Positions 1-11,200 of a DNA stretch of 64,000 nucleotides are shown here, piece after piece. Location of the stretch: assembly GCA_963833985.1 (NCBI GenBank), contig CAWIAD010000002.1, positions 4,480,001 to 4,544,000 of the forward strand. The letters run 5' to 3'. Each line of letters begins with the position of its first letter. Within the stretch, counting starts at the first letter, position 1. This stretch comes from an uncultured Planctomycetaceae bacterium (GTDB taxonomy: Bacteria > Planctomycetota > Planctomycetia > Isosphaerales > Isosphaeraceae). The position numbers and the translations under genes were made by a program. The notes beneath the pieces were generated by a model. The model searched no databases and was not told where the DNA came from. It saw only the letters and a list, made by a program, of their open reading frames with translations.

Positions 1-488
1 GGTCGAGACCCGCCCATGCCCGGAGTCGCGCGGAACCCGGCACCGGTTGCTCCGCGCAGTCCTCCGTAGCCGGCGGCGGCACCGAAACCGCCCCGCCCCG
101 GAGACATCCGAGCACCCATGTTCGGGGACGCACCGAATCCGCCCATGCGTGGAGCAGCGCCGAAGCCACCCATCCGGGGCGCACCGCCGAATCCGCCCAT
201 GCGTGGAGCAGCGCTGAAGCCACCCATCCGGGGCGCACCGCCAAAGCCACCCATCCGGGGCGCACCACCAAAACCACCGCCTCCGCGGAAACCTCCACCG
301 CCGCCACGGAAGCCACCGCCGCCGCCACGGAAGCCGCCACCTCCACCGCCGCCACGGCCACCGCCGCCACCGCCGCCACGGCCACCGCCGCCACCGCGGC
401 CAGCGGCCACCGCGGTCGTGGGGTTGCCAGCGATCAGCATCAGGAAGCTCAGTCCGGAGACCGCCAGCACGTTTCGAATGGTTCTCAT
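1..488 (-). CDS. Secreted Gly/Arg-rich repeat protein, N-terminal part (runs off left edge)
   Basis: Own translation from ATG at 488: MRTIRNVLAVSGLSFLMLIAGNPTTAVAAGRGGGGGRGG...; signal-peptide-like N-terminus, poly-Gly tracts, GGFGGAPRM repeats; no stop before base 1. Confidence 0.75.
   Translation of the reverse strand, partial: MRTIRNVLAVSGLSFLMLIAGNPTTAVAAGRGGGGGRGGGGGGGRGGGGGGGFRGGGGGFRGGGGGFRGGGGFGGAPRMGGFGGAPRMGGFSAAPRMGGFGGAPRMGGFGAAPRMGGFGASPNMGARMSPGRGGFGAAAGYGGLRGATGAGFRATPGMGGSR
133..267. repeat. Five tandem 27-bp coding repeats (GGF[GS][GA]APRM on minus strand)
   Basis: ccgaatccgcccatgcgtggagcagcg and ccgaagccacccatccggggcgcaccg-type units in tandem. Confidence 0.9.
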
Positions 489-529
489 GATCCGGGCACT
501 CCGTCGATGGGGCCGCACGTCAGGCGCTC

Positions 530-1861
530 TTATTCTATGAACGGAACACCCAGGTTGTTCAGCAAATCGACCCCGTGTGTCCGGTTTTCAACCTCGTGCG
601 GGCGTGTCGTGTGGCCCGTCTCGGGCATCGCGAGCCCGAAAAAGGCGGCGGCGGCGGCGGCAATCGCCGCCAGCGTCAAGAAACCCGCGTCAAACCCGGC
701 GGCCTTGACCACGAACCCCGCGATCAAGTTACTGAGTCCCGCGCCGATGCCGGTCGCCGTGGCGATGGCCCCCTGGGTGAAGTTGAACCGGCCCGTCCCC
801 TGCGTGAGGTCGGCCACGACGAGCACCGACACGACCCCGAAGACGCCCGCGCCAATGCCATCCAGTAGCTGCACGCCGACCAGGTAGTATGGGTTGACGC
901 TCAGGCAATAGAGCAATCCCCGTACCGGAAGCACCGCAAACCCAACCAGGAAGACCGGCTTGCGGCCCGAACTCGTGGCCAGCCGGCTGGCGAGCACGGC
1001 CACCGGCACCATCACCACCTGGGCGGCGATGATGCACGCCGACATCAGCACCGCCGCACCCTCCTTCATCCCATCACTCGACTTCTGGCCGACCAGCGGC
1101 AGCATCGCCGCGTTGGCCAGGTGAAACAGCATCACCGAGACGGCGAAGACGAGAATGCGCCGATCGGCGAACAGTTCCGTGAGGGGCACGGTCCGCTCGA
1201 GCCCGTCCTGCCCATCGTCGGCACCACGAGCCAGCACATGGTCGATATCCTGCTCGCGGATCAGCAGCACGGCCACCGCGCTCGCGGCCGCCATGCCGGC
1301 CACGAGCAGAAACATGGACCCGTAACCGAACAGGTAGACCAGGCCTCCCGCAAGGGCCGCGGCCAGCACGTTGCCGGCGTGGTTGAACGCCTCGTTCCGT
1401 CCCGTCCGCCGCGCCAGCATTGCCCGGCCGACGAGACCCAGGCTGAGGGCGGCCAGGGCCGGCGGAAAGAGCGTGGCGGCCGCCCCGATCGTCGCCTGCG
1501 CCGCGACGACCACGGCGAGCGTGGGCACCAGGTACAGCAAGATGCAGCCCGCTGCCACGACCGCGGCCGCGATGGCAACCGCCACGCGCTTCCAGCGGAT
1601 GCGATCCACAATCGCTCCGGCGGGGGTCTGGGCCAGCACCGTGCCGATCTGCGAGGCCGCCAGGGCAATGCCCACCTGGCCCGCATCCCAGTGATGAACG
1701 TCACGCAGAAAGGTCCCGAGGAATGGCCCCATCCCGTCGCGCACGTCCGCGAGAAAGAGGTTCGCCGCGTCGAGCATCCGCAAGCTCCGCGGCGACGGCC
1801 CGGATCGGGAGTCCTGCGCACCGGAATCAGCAGCCCGCGCCCTCTTCGAGTCCTCGCTCAT
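530..1861 (-). CDS. MFS transporter
   Basis: C-terminal 443 aa of ORF 530..3250 from ATG 1861 (MSEDSK); LDAANLFLADVRDGMGPFL, motif-A-like GAIVDRIRWKR, ~12 hydrophobic segments. Confidence 0.9.
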   Translation of the reverse strand: MSEDSKRARAADSGAQDSRSGPSPRSLRMLDAANLFLADVRDGMGPFLGTFLRDVHHWDAGQVGIALAASQIGTVLAQTPAGAIVDRIRWKRVAVAIAAAVVAAGCILLYLVPTLAVVVAAQATIGAAATLFPPALAALSLGLVGRAMLARRTGRNEAFNHAGNVLAAALAGGLVYLFGYGSMFLLVAGMAAASAVAVLLIREQDIDHVLARGADDGQDGLERTVPLTELFADRRILVFAVSVMLFHLANAAMLPLVGQKSSDGMKEGAAVLMSACIIAAQVVMVPVAVLASRLATSSGRKPVFLVGFAVLPVRGLLYCLSVNPYYLVGVQLLDGIGAGVFGVVSVLVVADLTQGTGRFNFTQGAIATATGIGAGLSNLIAGFVVKAAGFDAGFLTLAAIAAAAAAFFGLAMPETGHTTRPHEVENRTHGVDLLNNLGVPFIE

Positions 1862-1878
1862 GTACTTCCTCGGTTGCC

Positions 1879-3123
1879 TCAGTAGGACACCAGGGCCAGC
1901 CAGGCAATGCCCAGCAGCACCGTCAGAACCGTCAGGGGCACTCCCACCCTGAGATACTCCAGGAAGGTGATCTCGATCCCCGCGCGGCGGGCGTTCTCGA
2001 CGACGATGAGGTTGGCGACGGAGCCCAGCAGCGTGAGGTTCCCCGCCAGCGTGCTGGACATCGCCAGGGCCAGCCAGGCCGGCTCCTGCCGCGGCATCAC
2101 CTCCATGAGCGGCTTGAACAGCAGGACTGCCGGAACGTTCGAGACCAGGTTGGAAAGCAGCACCGACAACCCGCTCGTGAGCACCACGGGCGAGTTCAGC
2201 AGGGCCGTCCAGCGCTCCAGGCCCCAGCTCCGCACCACATGCACCTCGAAGGCGTGCACGACCACGAAGAGACCGATGAACATGACAAGAAGGGGCCAGT
2301 CGATGGCGCGGTAGACCCGTTCCGGACGGACCCGGTCCAGCAGCAAGATTGCCGCCGCCACCGCGGCCACCACCGCGATCGGCAGGCCGGTGAAGAAGAG
2401 CGCCACGGTGGCCAGCGTCACCAGGCTGCTCTTGATCAGCAGCCTCAGGTGAATCCTGGGGGCAGGCAGCGTCTCGGCCACCGCCGCGGGACTGCCGCTT
2501 GCCAGTAGCGCCTTGCGGTACACGAGCGCCACGACGAAGAAGTCGAGCACCAGGCCCAGCACCGCAATGGGAGCGAGCCGCGCGGCGAACCGGACGTACG
2601 AGATGTGCGACAGGGAACCGATGATGATGTTTTGAGGGTTGCCGGTGATCGTCGCCACGGAACCGATGTTCGAGGCTGTCGCCAGGCCCACCAGGTAGGG
2701 AACCGCCGGCCGCCTGAGACGCTGGCAAAGCTGGACCACCAGCGGGGTGAACGCCACGCACACCACATCGTTGACCAGGAACGCCGAGAACGTTCCCGAG
2801 ACCAGGATGGTCACGGCAAGCAAGGCCAGCGGGCCCGAGCAGCGGGCGGCAATCTGTTCGGTGGCCAGCGTGAAGAACCCGGCCATGCGCAGGAACGCGA
2901 CGAGCACCATCATGCCGAAGAGGAGCACGATGGTCTCGTGATCGACGGCCCGCGCCGCCTCGCTCAGGCTGAGGGCGCCGCAGGCCAGCATCAGGGCCGC
3001 GCCCACCAGGGCGATGCCGGCGCGATCGGTCCGCAGGCCGGGAATCTTGCCGATGGCCAGCCCCACGTAGGTCAGGCCGAAGATCACCGAGACCAGCGGG
3101 TACAAGGTTGGCGGTGTGGTCAC
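1879..3123 (-). CDS. ArsB/NhaD (IT superfamily, YbiR-like) anion permease
   Basis: SAFLVND, ASNIGSVATITGNPQN, SNLVSNVPAV, LAGNLTLLGSVANLIV motifs; highly hydrophobic. Confidence 0.88.
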   Translation of the reverse strand: MTTPPTLYPLVSVIFGLTYVGLAIGKIPGLRTDRAGIALVGAALMLACGALSLSEAARAVDHETIVLLFGMMVLVAFLRMAGFFTLATEQIAARCSGPLALLAVTILVSGTFSAFLVNDVVCVAFTPLVVQLCQRLRRPAVPYLVGLATASNIGSVATITGNPQNIIIGSLSHISYVRFAARLAPIAVLGLVLDFFVVALVYRKALLASGSPAAVAETLPAPRIHLRLLIKSSLVTLATVALFFTGLPIAVVAAVAAAILLLDRVRPERVYRAIDWPLLVMFIGLFVVVHAFEVHVVRSWGLERWTALLNSPVVLTSGLSVLLSNLVSNVPAVLLFKPLMEVMPRQEPAWLALAMSSTLAGNLTLLGSVANLIVVENARRAGIEITFLEYLRVGVPLTVLTVLLGIAWLALVSY

Positions 3124-3140
3124 GAATCAACCTTCCTGAA

Positions 3141-4433
3141 TCACGGTGTCGTCGAGAGGTCAGTGACCGTGGCCATGGGCACGCCGGCCCTGCGCCCGCG
3201 TTCCACGCCGCTGTCCATCTTTGCCAGCGTCTCCGGCACGAACGCCACAACGATGGCCGTGGCCGCCACGCCCACGCCGGCCAGGGCCGCGAACAGCCCG
3301 CGGTACCCCAGAGAATCGACCACGAAGCCCGAGACGGCCGGCCCCACCGCCGAGCCCAGTACCAGGCAGGAGCCGACGATCACCTGCGCTTCGCCCGAAC
3401 GTCGCGGGTCGGCCAGACGATCCGTCACCCAGGCGGCCGCGATCACGGCGAAGAGACCATTTCCCAGGCCATCAAGGATTTGATTCGCCACGGCCATCCC
3501 GGGGCTCGCGACGATCGAGACGATGGCCAGGCGCAGGGTCATGATGGTCCAGCCGGCAATGAGCAGCGGTTTGCGTCCCCAGCGATCGGCCACCCAGCCA
3601 GCCGGCCAGACGACCAGCAGCCAGGCGACCATGCTCACCGCGAAGGCGTAGGCAAGCATGCGCTCGGGGGCATGCAGATCACGCTTCAGGAACAGGCCCA
3701 GGTACACGCCGCCGGGCGCATTGGCCGCGTGGTAGAGGACCATGGCGGCGATGAATGCCCAGAGGCCGGCGTCACCGAGGAGCCCCTGGGCCCTGCTCTC
3801 GGGCCTGGCATGGTCGCCAGCCTCCAGGGCGCCCGCCCGGTGCCCGGAGTCTGCGTTCTCCTGGCGGTCCTTGCCGTCTTCGTGGATCAGCAGTGCGGCG
3901 ATCACGGCCAGGCCCTGCACGGCCGCCAGCGGCAGCAGGATGGCACCAACCCCGTACTGCTCGGCGAGGCGGCTTCCAGCCAGGGCCACCAGCACGATGC
4001 CGACCGGCTTCCAGAAGCGTAGCAGGCCCAGGGCCGTGCCCACGCCGCCCGCGGGCGCCAGCGCAGCCGCCTCCGCACCGGAGAGGCTCTCGACCACCGC
4101 CCTGCAAATGCCGTTCTCCGCGAACAGGACCACCAGCAGCCCCAGCCACACCAGGTTCTCCGCCCCGCGCAAGAGCACCGTGGCGAGCGCCGCCACCAGC
4201 AGAGCGACGATCAGGAACGGCTTGCGCCAGCCGATCCGGTCGGACCAGAGGCCCACCGGGAACTGCGCCAGCCCGGAGAGTGCGGCCAGGGTCGAGATGA
4301 TCCCGATCGCGCGGTCCGACAGCCCCTTCTCGCCCAGGTAGAGTGGCAGGTAGGGAAGTGTGAAGCCGATCGCCGCCATTCCCAGAAAGTAGGATCCGTA
4401 AAGTCCGAAGCGGTTGCGCCAGTCCATATCCAT
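3141..4433 (-). CDS. MFS transporter
   Basis: Motif A twice (GLWSDRIGWRK, GWVADRWGRK); ~12 TM segments. Confidence 0.9.
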   Translation of the reverse strand: MDMDWRNRFGLYGSYFLGMAAIGFTLPYLPLYLGEKGLSDRAIGIISTLAALSGLAQFPVGLWSDRIGWRKPFLIVALLVAALATVLLRGAENLVWLGLLVVLFAENGICRAVVESLSGAEAAALAPAGGVGTALGLLRFWKPVGIVLVALAGSRLAEQYGVGAILLPLAAVQGLAVIAALLIHEDGKDRQENADSGHRAGALEAGDHARPESRAQGLLGDAGLWAFIAAMVLYHAANAPGGVYLGLFLKRDLHAPERMLAYAFAVSMVAWLLVVWPAGWVADRWGRKPLLIAGWTIMTLRLAIVSIVASPGMAVANQILDGLGNGLFAVIAAAWVTDRLADPRRSGEAQVIVGSCLVLGSAVGPAVSGFVVDSLGYRGLFAALAGVGVAATAIVVAFVPETLAKMDSGVERGRRAGVPMATVTDLSTTP

Positions 4434-4533
4434 TTCCGTCTCTCATCAAGGGAGGAGCATCGGGGAAGAAATCGGGCCGGGGCCAGCGATGCGGCCCCGG
4501 ACCTTGCAAGCGGTCAGTGTCCTGGCCGCCCGG

Positions 4534-5358
4534 TCATTCGGGGGGCAGCGGGGGCGGCAGCTCGGCGTCGCGGCGCCGGCCGCGCTTCTCCTTCGGCTCG
4601 GGACCGTCCGGCGGAGCCGGCGGCTCGCGCCGCGGAGCGGCCTTGAGCAGGCCGCGGCCAGGGCGGTCGGGGGGGCCGTCGGCGACGTGGCCGAGGTGGT
4701 CGATAACGTGGGTCATGGCTTCGGCCGCCCGGGCAAGCTCGCCCCCGCGCTCGTCTCGGCCCGCCTCGAGGTCGCGCCGGGCGGCCGTGTAGAGGTCGCG
4801 CGCGGCCTTGACATAGACGGCGGCTTCACGCGTGGTTTCACCGCCTTTGACCTCGCCGAGGCGATCGTAGGCGCGGTTCAGATCGCGGCGGGCCCGCTCC
4901 GTGTTCTCCTGGGGGCCGAACTCCGTGGTGGGGGGCGGCAGCTCGGGATCGCGGCGATCCAGGATCGCGGCGCTCTGGGCATGGTCCGCGGCCCGGGCCA
5001 GGTCGTGGGCGATGGCGCCGTACTCGTGGGCCAGGAAATCATCGCCCTGGGAGAGGGCTTTCAGTCCGTCGCGATAGTATCGGGCCGCACGATCGGTCCA
5101 GTCGCGGATCCGCTCCTCGGATCGCCCCGCGGCCCCATCCGCGGCGCGAAGCCGGCGCAGCAGGTCGTACGCCTTGGTCAAATCGCCCCTGGGTCCGGCC
5201 TCTGCCTTCTTCCTGGCCTCTTCCTTGCCCTTTGCCTTCCCTTTCTCCTTCGCCCTGGGCGGTTCGGGGTCGTCGCGTCCCGGCCCTTGCGCCGGGAAGA
5301 CGGCGGCCAGCCCCAGGCTGATCACGACGGATGTCATCATGGCGACGAGCTTCAGCAT
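4534..5358 (-). CDS. Secreted helical hypothetical protein with internal duplication
   Basis: GGAGG RBS upstream; signal-like MLKLVAMMTSVVISLGLAAVFPAQG; two similar helical units (AYDLL..AARYY..AHDLARAADH / AYDRL..ARDLY..AAEAMTHVIDH). Confidence 0.8.
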   Translation of the reverse strand: MLKLVAMMTSVVISLGLAAVFPAQGPGRDDPEPPRAKEKGKAKGKEEARKKAEAGPRGDLTKAYDLLRRLRAADGAAGRSEERIRDWTDRAARYYRDGLKALSQGDDFLAHEYGAIAHDLARAADHAQSAAILDRRDPELPPPTTEFGPQENTERARRDLNRAYDRLGEVKGGETTREAAVYVKAARDLYTAARRDLEAGRDERGGELARAAEAMTHVIDHLGHVADGPPDRPGRGLLKAAPRREPPAPPDGPEPKEKRGRRRDAELPPPLPPE

Positions 5359-5594
5359 GGTGGTCCTCCGTTCTCGATCTCAGTGCAATGCATTTCGCTT
5401 GAGGCAACCGGCGTTCGCGGTACGCCCACGACTGCGGTTCCTCGATCCGCGGAGCACCTCATCGCAGAACCCGTGCCGGCCGGGAAAACGGCCGGATTCC
5501 TGCATTTCCTGCGGTCTGGTGCGATCCGGCTGGGCGAGAATCCCCCGTTTCGGGGGCATACCCCCCAGGCGGGGTCGCGGCCCCTGCCACGCCC

Positions 5595-6190
5595 AGGACC
5601 TGCTCATCCGGGGCGTCCAGCGAGCCCGTGCCGCCATCCTGGACGACCTCCCCGAGCGTTTTCGCTTCCGGCAGGAGAGACTCAGGGCAGGGAACTGCCG
5701 TTCCTTCCTGATCGAGTGATCCGGGAGGTGGTCGCCAACGCCGTGATGCACCGCTTGTACCGGGTGCATGGGTCCATCCCGATCATCCGCTACGCCAACC
5801 GGCTGGAGAGACGCAATCCCGGCTACTCGCTCAGGGCGGAAGAACGCTTGGGCGAACCCGGTTCGGAGACCCGCAACCCAGGGATCGCCGCCATCTTCCA
5901 CGACGTGCGGCTCGCCGAGACCAAGGGGGAGGGGCATCCGGGTCATGCGTGACTCGATGGCGGAAGGCAACCTGTCGCCGCCCTGTTTCCAGTCGGATCG
6001 CATCAACAATAGCTTTCTCGTGATCCTCCTCTTTCATCACTTCCTCAGTCCCCAGGACGTGGAGTGGCTGAATGACTTCCGGGGGACGGTCCGAGCGAGT
6101 GCGAGACGAAGGCACTGGTTTCGGCACGTGAGGTCGGGGCGATGGACAACTCGTCTTATCGGAACCTCAATCGAGGCGTTGATACGCTGT
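5595..6190 (+). pseudogene. Fragment of ATP-binding protein (HATPase_c_4 / RecG-C-terminal-like, AlbA-associated type)
   Basis: IREVVANAVMHRLY..RNPG..ETRNPGIAAIF..AETKG then GIRVMRDSMAEGNLSPPCFQSDR across several frames; no N-terminus, multiple frameshifts, truncated. Confidence 0.7.
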
Positions 6191-6337
6191 GCGTGAGTAA
6201 GATAATTGACGCGAAATTCGCGCATTCTGATCAACTTAACTGAAGTCTTGGCGATGACCACCATCAATTAGCGTGATCGAGCGAGAGCTTTCGCATGGCG
6301 TGTCCCCGTTCAATGTCCTCAGTCCAAGGAGCACACC

Positions 6338-6790
6338 ATGATAGGGCATGAGTTGCATCGAAGTGGCAGTTTCTGGTCCTTCCTTTTGTCGATTGACAAG
6401 GACCTGGCCGATTCGACTCGGCAGCAAGGATGCTCGTGCGGTGGTCGCCTCCACTACGCCAACTACCCGCGTGCACCGCGGGACGGGCCGGATCATCTGC
6501 CAGAGGAGTATCGCTGCCGGTTCAGCTTCCGCTGCGATCGCGACGGCTGCAGGAAGAGGATGACGCCGCATTCGGTCCACTTCTCGGCAGAAAGATCTAC
6601 CTTGGTGCCCTGGTGATCTTGATCAGCGCCATGCGGCAAGGTCCAAAGCCGCGCCGGGTCCACGAGCTTTCGACGCTGTTTGGTGTTGACCGGGCGACCG
6701 TCGCGCGATGGCAGGCCTTCTGGCGCGACCACGTTCCGCAGACGCCTTTCTGGAAACTTGCGCGAGGTCGCCTCCCCGAGCAATCCGCTG
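6338..6790 (+). pseudogene. Transposon-associated Cys-rich/HTH hypothetical protein, frameshifted and truncated
   Basis: GCSCGGRLHYANYPR..RFSFRC..CRKRMTPHSVHF + LGRKIYLG..LFGVDRATVARWQAFWR; resembles the accessory ORF I recall from IS481-like/ExeA-ATPase elements; frameshift ~6585; no transposase follows. Confidence 0.6.
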
Positions 6791-7509
6791 ATCAAGATGA
6801 TTTGATGGTCGACGTTCACCCGCAGAGGATGCGTCGTCACCGCTTCTGATCAGCGGCGTGCATCGACTCAGGAGGAGATCTTATGCTGTCGAAGGCCATG
6901 AGAAGACCTTAGAAACGTCCCGACTGGGTCGATCTGGTGCCTGCGGAACGGACCCTGCTGGAATGGCTCATACCGAGGCCTTCGACCCTGCGCAGTGACC
7001 GGCGGCCTGGAAACAGAGCGGCCTCGCCAAGTCGTTCCCCGTTCCTCATAGAGTGTCAGGGAACGGAACGCTCGTTCAATGCACCGAGACGTGCAGCCCA
7101 CGACGCCGGGGTGGAGGTGAGCGGTTCAGCCGTCTCCGTTCCTCGGGGAGAGTCTCCGCCTACGGGACAGCGAATCGCGGCACTCATTTCAGCTACCCCT
7201 TCTCCAAGGTGCTGCTGGGAGGTACATGAACTGCCAAGTGAGGGCACACCTGATGCTTCGCAGAAACTGCTTCGGTGTCGTCGGACCGACACGCGCAAGA
7301 AGACTCCCAGTTCGAGGGAAACGGTGCAGGAACTGTAGCGTTAGAGGACGTGCACCAACTCGGTTCAAGTCCGGTTGCCCCGCCTCTGACGGGATGCCTG
7401 GCATTCCTGGTTCACGGCGTCGAGTCAAGTCCGCCGATCATTCTCCTCACTTCTCATTCTTTCATTTTTCTCTGTCCCCGGTCGACCTCCGCCTGCAATC
7501 TATAGAGGT

Positions 7510-8173
7510 ATGGAGACCAGCAGCCGTGGGGAGAACGATCCTCAGGACGAACAGTCACGGCTCCAGCGCGCTGCGGCGGGCGACCAGGCGGCCTGGGCCG
7601 CGATCCTGGCGCCTCATCAGGATCGCCTGCGGCGCATGGTCGCCCTGCGCCTGGACCACCGGCTCAGAGGGCGGATCGATCCGTCGGACGTGCTCCAGGA
7701 AGCCTTCATCCAGGCGGCGCAGGGACTGCCGAAATACCTGGAACATGCCGAGCGGCCGTTTTTCCTCTGGCTCCGTTTTTTGACCGGGATGTCACTCCAG
7801 GGCCTGCACCGCCGGCACCTGGGGATCCAGGCCCGTGACGCGGGGCGCGAGGTGCAACTGCTGGACCGGCCGTTGCCGGAAGCATCCTCGGCCGCCCTGG
7901 CGGCGCAGCTCCTGGGTCGCGATACCCGCCCCAGCGTGGCCGCGATCCGCGCCGAACGGCAGCGGCGGCTCCAGGAGTCGCTCAATGCCATGGACCCGGT
8001 CGACCGCTAGGTCCTGGTGCTACGTCATTTTGAAGAACTGACCAATGCCGAGGTCGCACGCGAGCCTCGGCCTCCGGGATTCGGCCGCGAGCAAGCGGTA
8101 CATCCGGGCCCTGCGAAAACTCAAGGAGATCCTGGCAACGCTGCCAGGCGGAATCGAGGAATTCCGGCCATGA
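7510..8173 (+). CDS. ECF sigma-70 factor, planctomycete-specific type; in-frame TAG at 8008-8010 and frameshift ~8065
   Basis: RLRRMVALRLDHRLRGRIDPSDVLQEAF; region 4 continues past the TAG as VLVLRHFEELTNAEVARE/GLRDSAASKRYIRALRKLKEIL to TGA 8171-8173. Confidence 0.85.
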
Positions 8174-8191
8174 GGCGATGGTCCCGATCTC

Positions 8192-8257
8192 TGTAGGGTG
8201 CGTGCAACGCACCCATCCATCAATAGGAAAATACCGGTGCGTTGCACGCACCCTACA
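8192..8257. repeat. GTAG-type REP doublet (REPIN-like), perfect 22-bp inverted repeat
   Basis: tgtagggtgcgtgcaacgcacc (8192-8213) and its exact reverse complement (8236-8257); each arm has an internal ggtgcgt..acgcacc palindrome. Confidence 0.88.
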
Positions 8258-8285
8258 CGGCTGCCCGGGTAATACAGGAGTTCCG

Positions 8286-11200
8286 ATGAAGAGCGACAGC
8301 ACCGGCTCGGGCCGCGACCCTGTCGAGCAGCTCGCCGAGGAGTTCCAGGCGCGGCTGAGACGCGGCGAGCGGCCAGGCCTGGAAGAGTACGTCGCACGTT
8401 GCCCGGAGCGGGCCGATGATATCCGCGAGCTCTTCCCGCCACTCGTCGAGATGGAGCAGCTCAAGCCTGTCGTCCAGGCACCCGCCAGCACGCCAGAGCC
8501 GCGAGCAGACGAGGATCGTCCAGCCGCTCGCACTCTCCCCTCTCATCCCGAGCGGCTGGGCGACTACCAGATCCTGCGGGTGATCGGCGAGGGAGGCATG
8601 GGGGTCGTCTACGAGGCCGAGCACGAGTCGCTCAAGAACCGCGTGGCGCTGAAAGTCATGCATCCGCGGTTCCGGGCTGACCCGACCTATCTGCGACGGT
8701 TCCACACCGAGGCCCGCTCGGCGGCGCGGCTGCACCATACGAATATCGTACCGGTCTTCGATTACGGCCAACAGGATGGCATCTGCTACTACGCCATGCC
8801 GCTGATCGCCGGGGTCGGCTTGCATCAGGTGCTCGAAGACGTCCGGCACCTCCGCGCCTTGAATGGCCCCATGGACGAGCCAGCCGCCACCGGTCAGGGT
8901 CGACAGTCGGCGACGGAGCCGGTCCCCGAGACCCTCCGCGCCGTCACCGAGGGTCTGCTGACCGGTCGCTTTGCCGCACAGCCTCCCACTCCGACTGGAA
9001 CCGAGCTACCTCCCTCATTGGCAGTGGACACGGGGTCCCGGGATGCGACCGGAGGGAATGAGGCGCCAAAGGCCGTCGTGATCCCGGCTACGTCCGGGTC
9101 CGACAGCCGGACCGAAAGCCACACGATCGCCGGCCAGTCCGAGTCGGTCTATCACAAGGAGATCGCCCGGCTTGCCGGCCAGGTGGCCGACGCCCTCGAC
9201 TACGCCCACCGCCAGGGGGTTGTCCACCGTGATATCAAGCCCTCCAACCTCTTGCTCGACGCCGGGGGCAATGTCTGGGTCACGGATTTCGGTCTGGCGA
9301 AATTCGTGGAGGGGGACGACCTCTCGCAGTCGCACGACCTGGTGGGTACGTTGCGTTTCATGGCTCCCGAGCGGTTCCACGGCGTCACCGACCGCCGGGG
9401 AGACATCTACGCCGTGGGGGCGACGCTCTACGAGATGCTGGCGCTGCGGCCCGCGTTCGCCGAGCGCGACCAGATTCAGCTCATCGACCAGATCACCCAC
9501 CAGCCGCCCGCGCCTCTTCGGCACCTCGACCGCCGGATTCCCCGCGACATGGAAACCATCGTCCAGAAGGCCCTGGCCAAGGAGCCGAAGGACCGGTTCG
9601 CCACCGCCGGCGAGCTGCGCGACGAGCTGCGGCGGTTCCTGGAGAACCGGCCGATCCGCTCGCGCCCGGTCGGACCCGCCGAACAGTTCTCGCGGTGGTG
9701 CAAGCGCAACCCCGGCCTGGCCGCCGCCAACATCGCGGCCGCCGTCCTGACGACGCTCCTGGCCATTGGCTCGACCATCGCGGCGTGGATCTATCGCGAC
9801 CAGGCACACAGGCTGGACATCGAGCAGGGCCTGACAAAGGAGAGCCTGTTCCGGACCGAGGATGCCGAGCACAAGGCGCGGCTCGCACTGGGCCAGTCGC
9901 TGGTCTCCGAGGGAGCGGCCCTCCAGCGCACGGGGCTGATCGGCCACCGGTTCGACAGCCTGGACCGGCTCGGCAGGGCCGCGCAGGTCCTTGGCGCCGA
10001 CCCCGAGGGCCGGAAGCGCCTGCCAGAGATCCGCAATCATGCCATCGCGGCGCTAGGTCTTACTGACCTCCGCGTGCACAGGGAACACGACTACGGCGGC
10101 GGCGGCATCGGCGTGGATGCTGCCCTGGAGCGGTACGCACTATCCGAATTGTCCGGCGAAATCGTCGTCCACCGGCTGGACGACGATCGCGAGCTGGTCC
10201 GCCTGCCGTCGCCGGACCAGCGGGATTCACGGTCGGACTGGCCTGTCTTCAGCCCGGATGGCGAGTGGCTGGTTGGAGGATCCTTCGGACTGCTACGGAT
10301 ATGGCACCTGGGACGCCGGGAGCTGCTCGGGAGCGTGCCGACTGGAGGAGGCCTGGCATTCCACCCCGATAGACGCCGCCTGCTGTTCAAAGCGCCGGAA
10401 GGGGGCATTGGTGTCTGGGACCTTGTAGAGCGCCGGGTGGTCCGGCGGCTGACGTTGGACTTCGCGCCGAATAGCCTGGCACTCGATCCCGAGGGCCGGC
10501 GGCTCGCCGTCAACAACGCCTACCCGTCAGCGCCACGGGTCGCGATCCTCGATGTCGAAACCGGCCGCGTGCTCTCCGACTGGAGGTCGCAGGTCGGCAA
10601 CGGAGCCATGGCCTGGAGCGCGGATGGACAGTTGCTGGCCGTCGGCGGTGGAGGTGACGACCCCCGCCTTTACGTCTGGAACGTCCGCCGCGGGGCGCTG
10701 GCGTCGGTCCTTCAGGGGCATACCTCCCAAATCGTCGGCGCCCAGTTCGCGCACTCGGGCTACCTGCTAGCGACCGGAAGCTGGGATGGGACGAACCGTC
10801 TGTGGGACGCGGCCGCTGGGGAGCCGCTGGCGATCTTGCCGGTTGGGTTTGTGGGTTTCTCACCGGATGACGAACGGGCGGCTTTCGCTATGGGCGGGAA
10901 GGTCTGCGTCTATGACGTGGCCACAGCCGCGGAGTGCCGAACGCTCCACCCGGGCATGCTCGGCAACCGCTCCGAGGCGCGGGACGCGACCGGGGTGATC
11001 GCGGCGGATGTGAGCACCGACGGCCTGTTGGTGGCGACCTGTGACGGGGATGGCGTCCGCCTGTGGGAGTCCGACACGGGCCGCGAGCAGGCCCATCTCA
11101 AGGCAGGTTCTTGCGAGACCGAGCTGTTTCACCCTGACGGGAAAAGCCTCATCAGCTCCGGATTCTGGGGATTGTATCGCTGGCCGATCAGACCCGATCC

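Noticed and set aside
118..540. Pro-rich 140-aa plus-strand ORF
   Set aside because: Antisense shadow of the Gly-rich minus-strand gene, which has a signal peptide and matches operon orientation
1862..3250. 906-aa MFS fusion (ORF 530..3250)
   Set aside because: The N-terminal half is an off-frame overlap of the ArsB-type permease; the MFS starts at 1861
6850..7440. Genes or ncRNA in this gap (also 13080-13330, 15555-15900, 21400-21700, 42300-42700)
   Set aside because: No recognisable protein motif, tRNA cloverleaf or riboswitch consensus by eye; an Infernal/Rfam scan would be needed
8008..8010. TAG recoding (pyrrolysine or alternative code)
   Set aside because: Single case; TAG ends other genes normally (e.g. 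22349, 30123) and no pyl genes are seen
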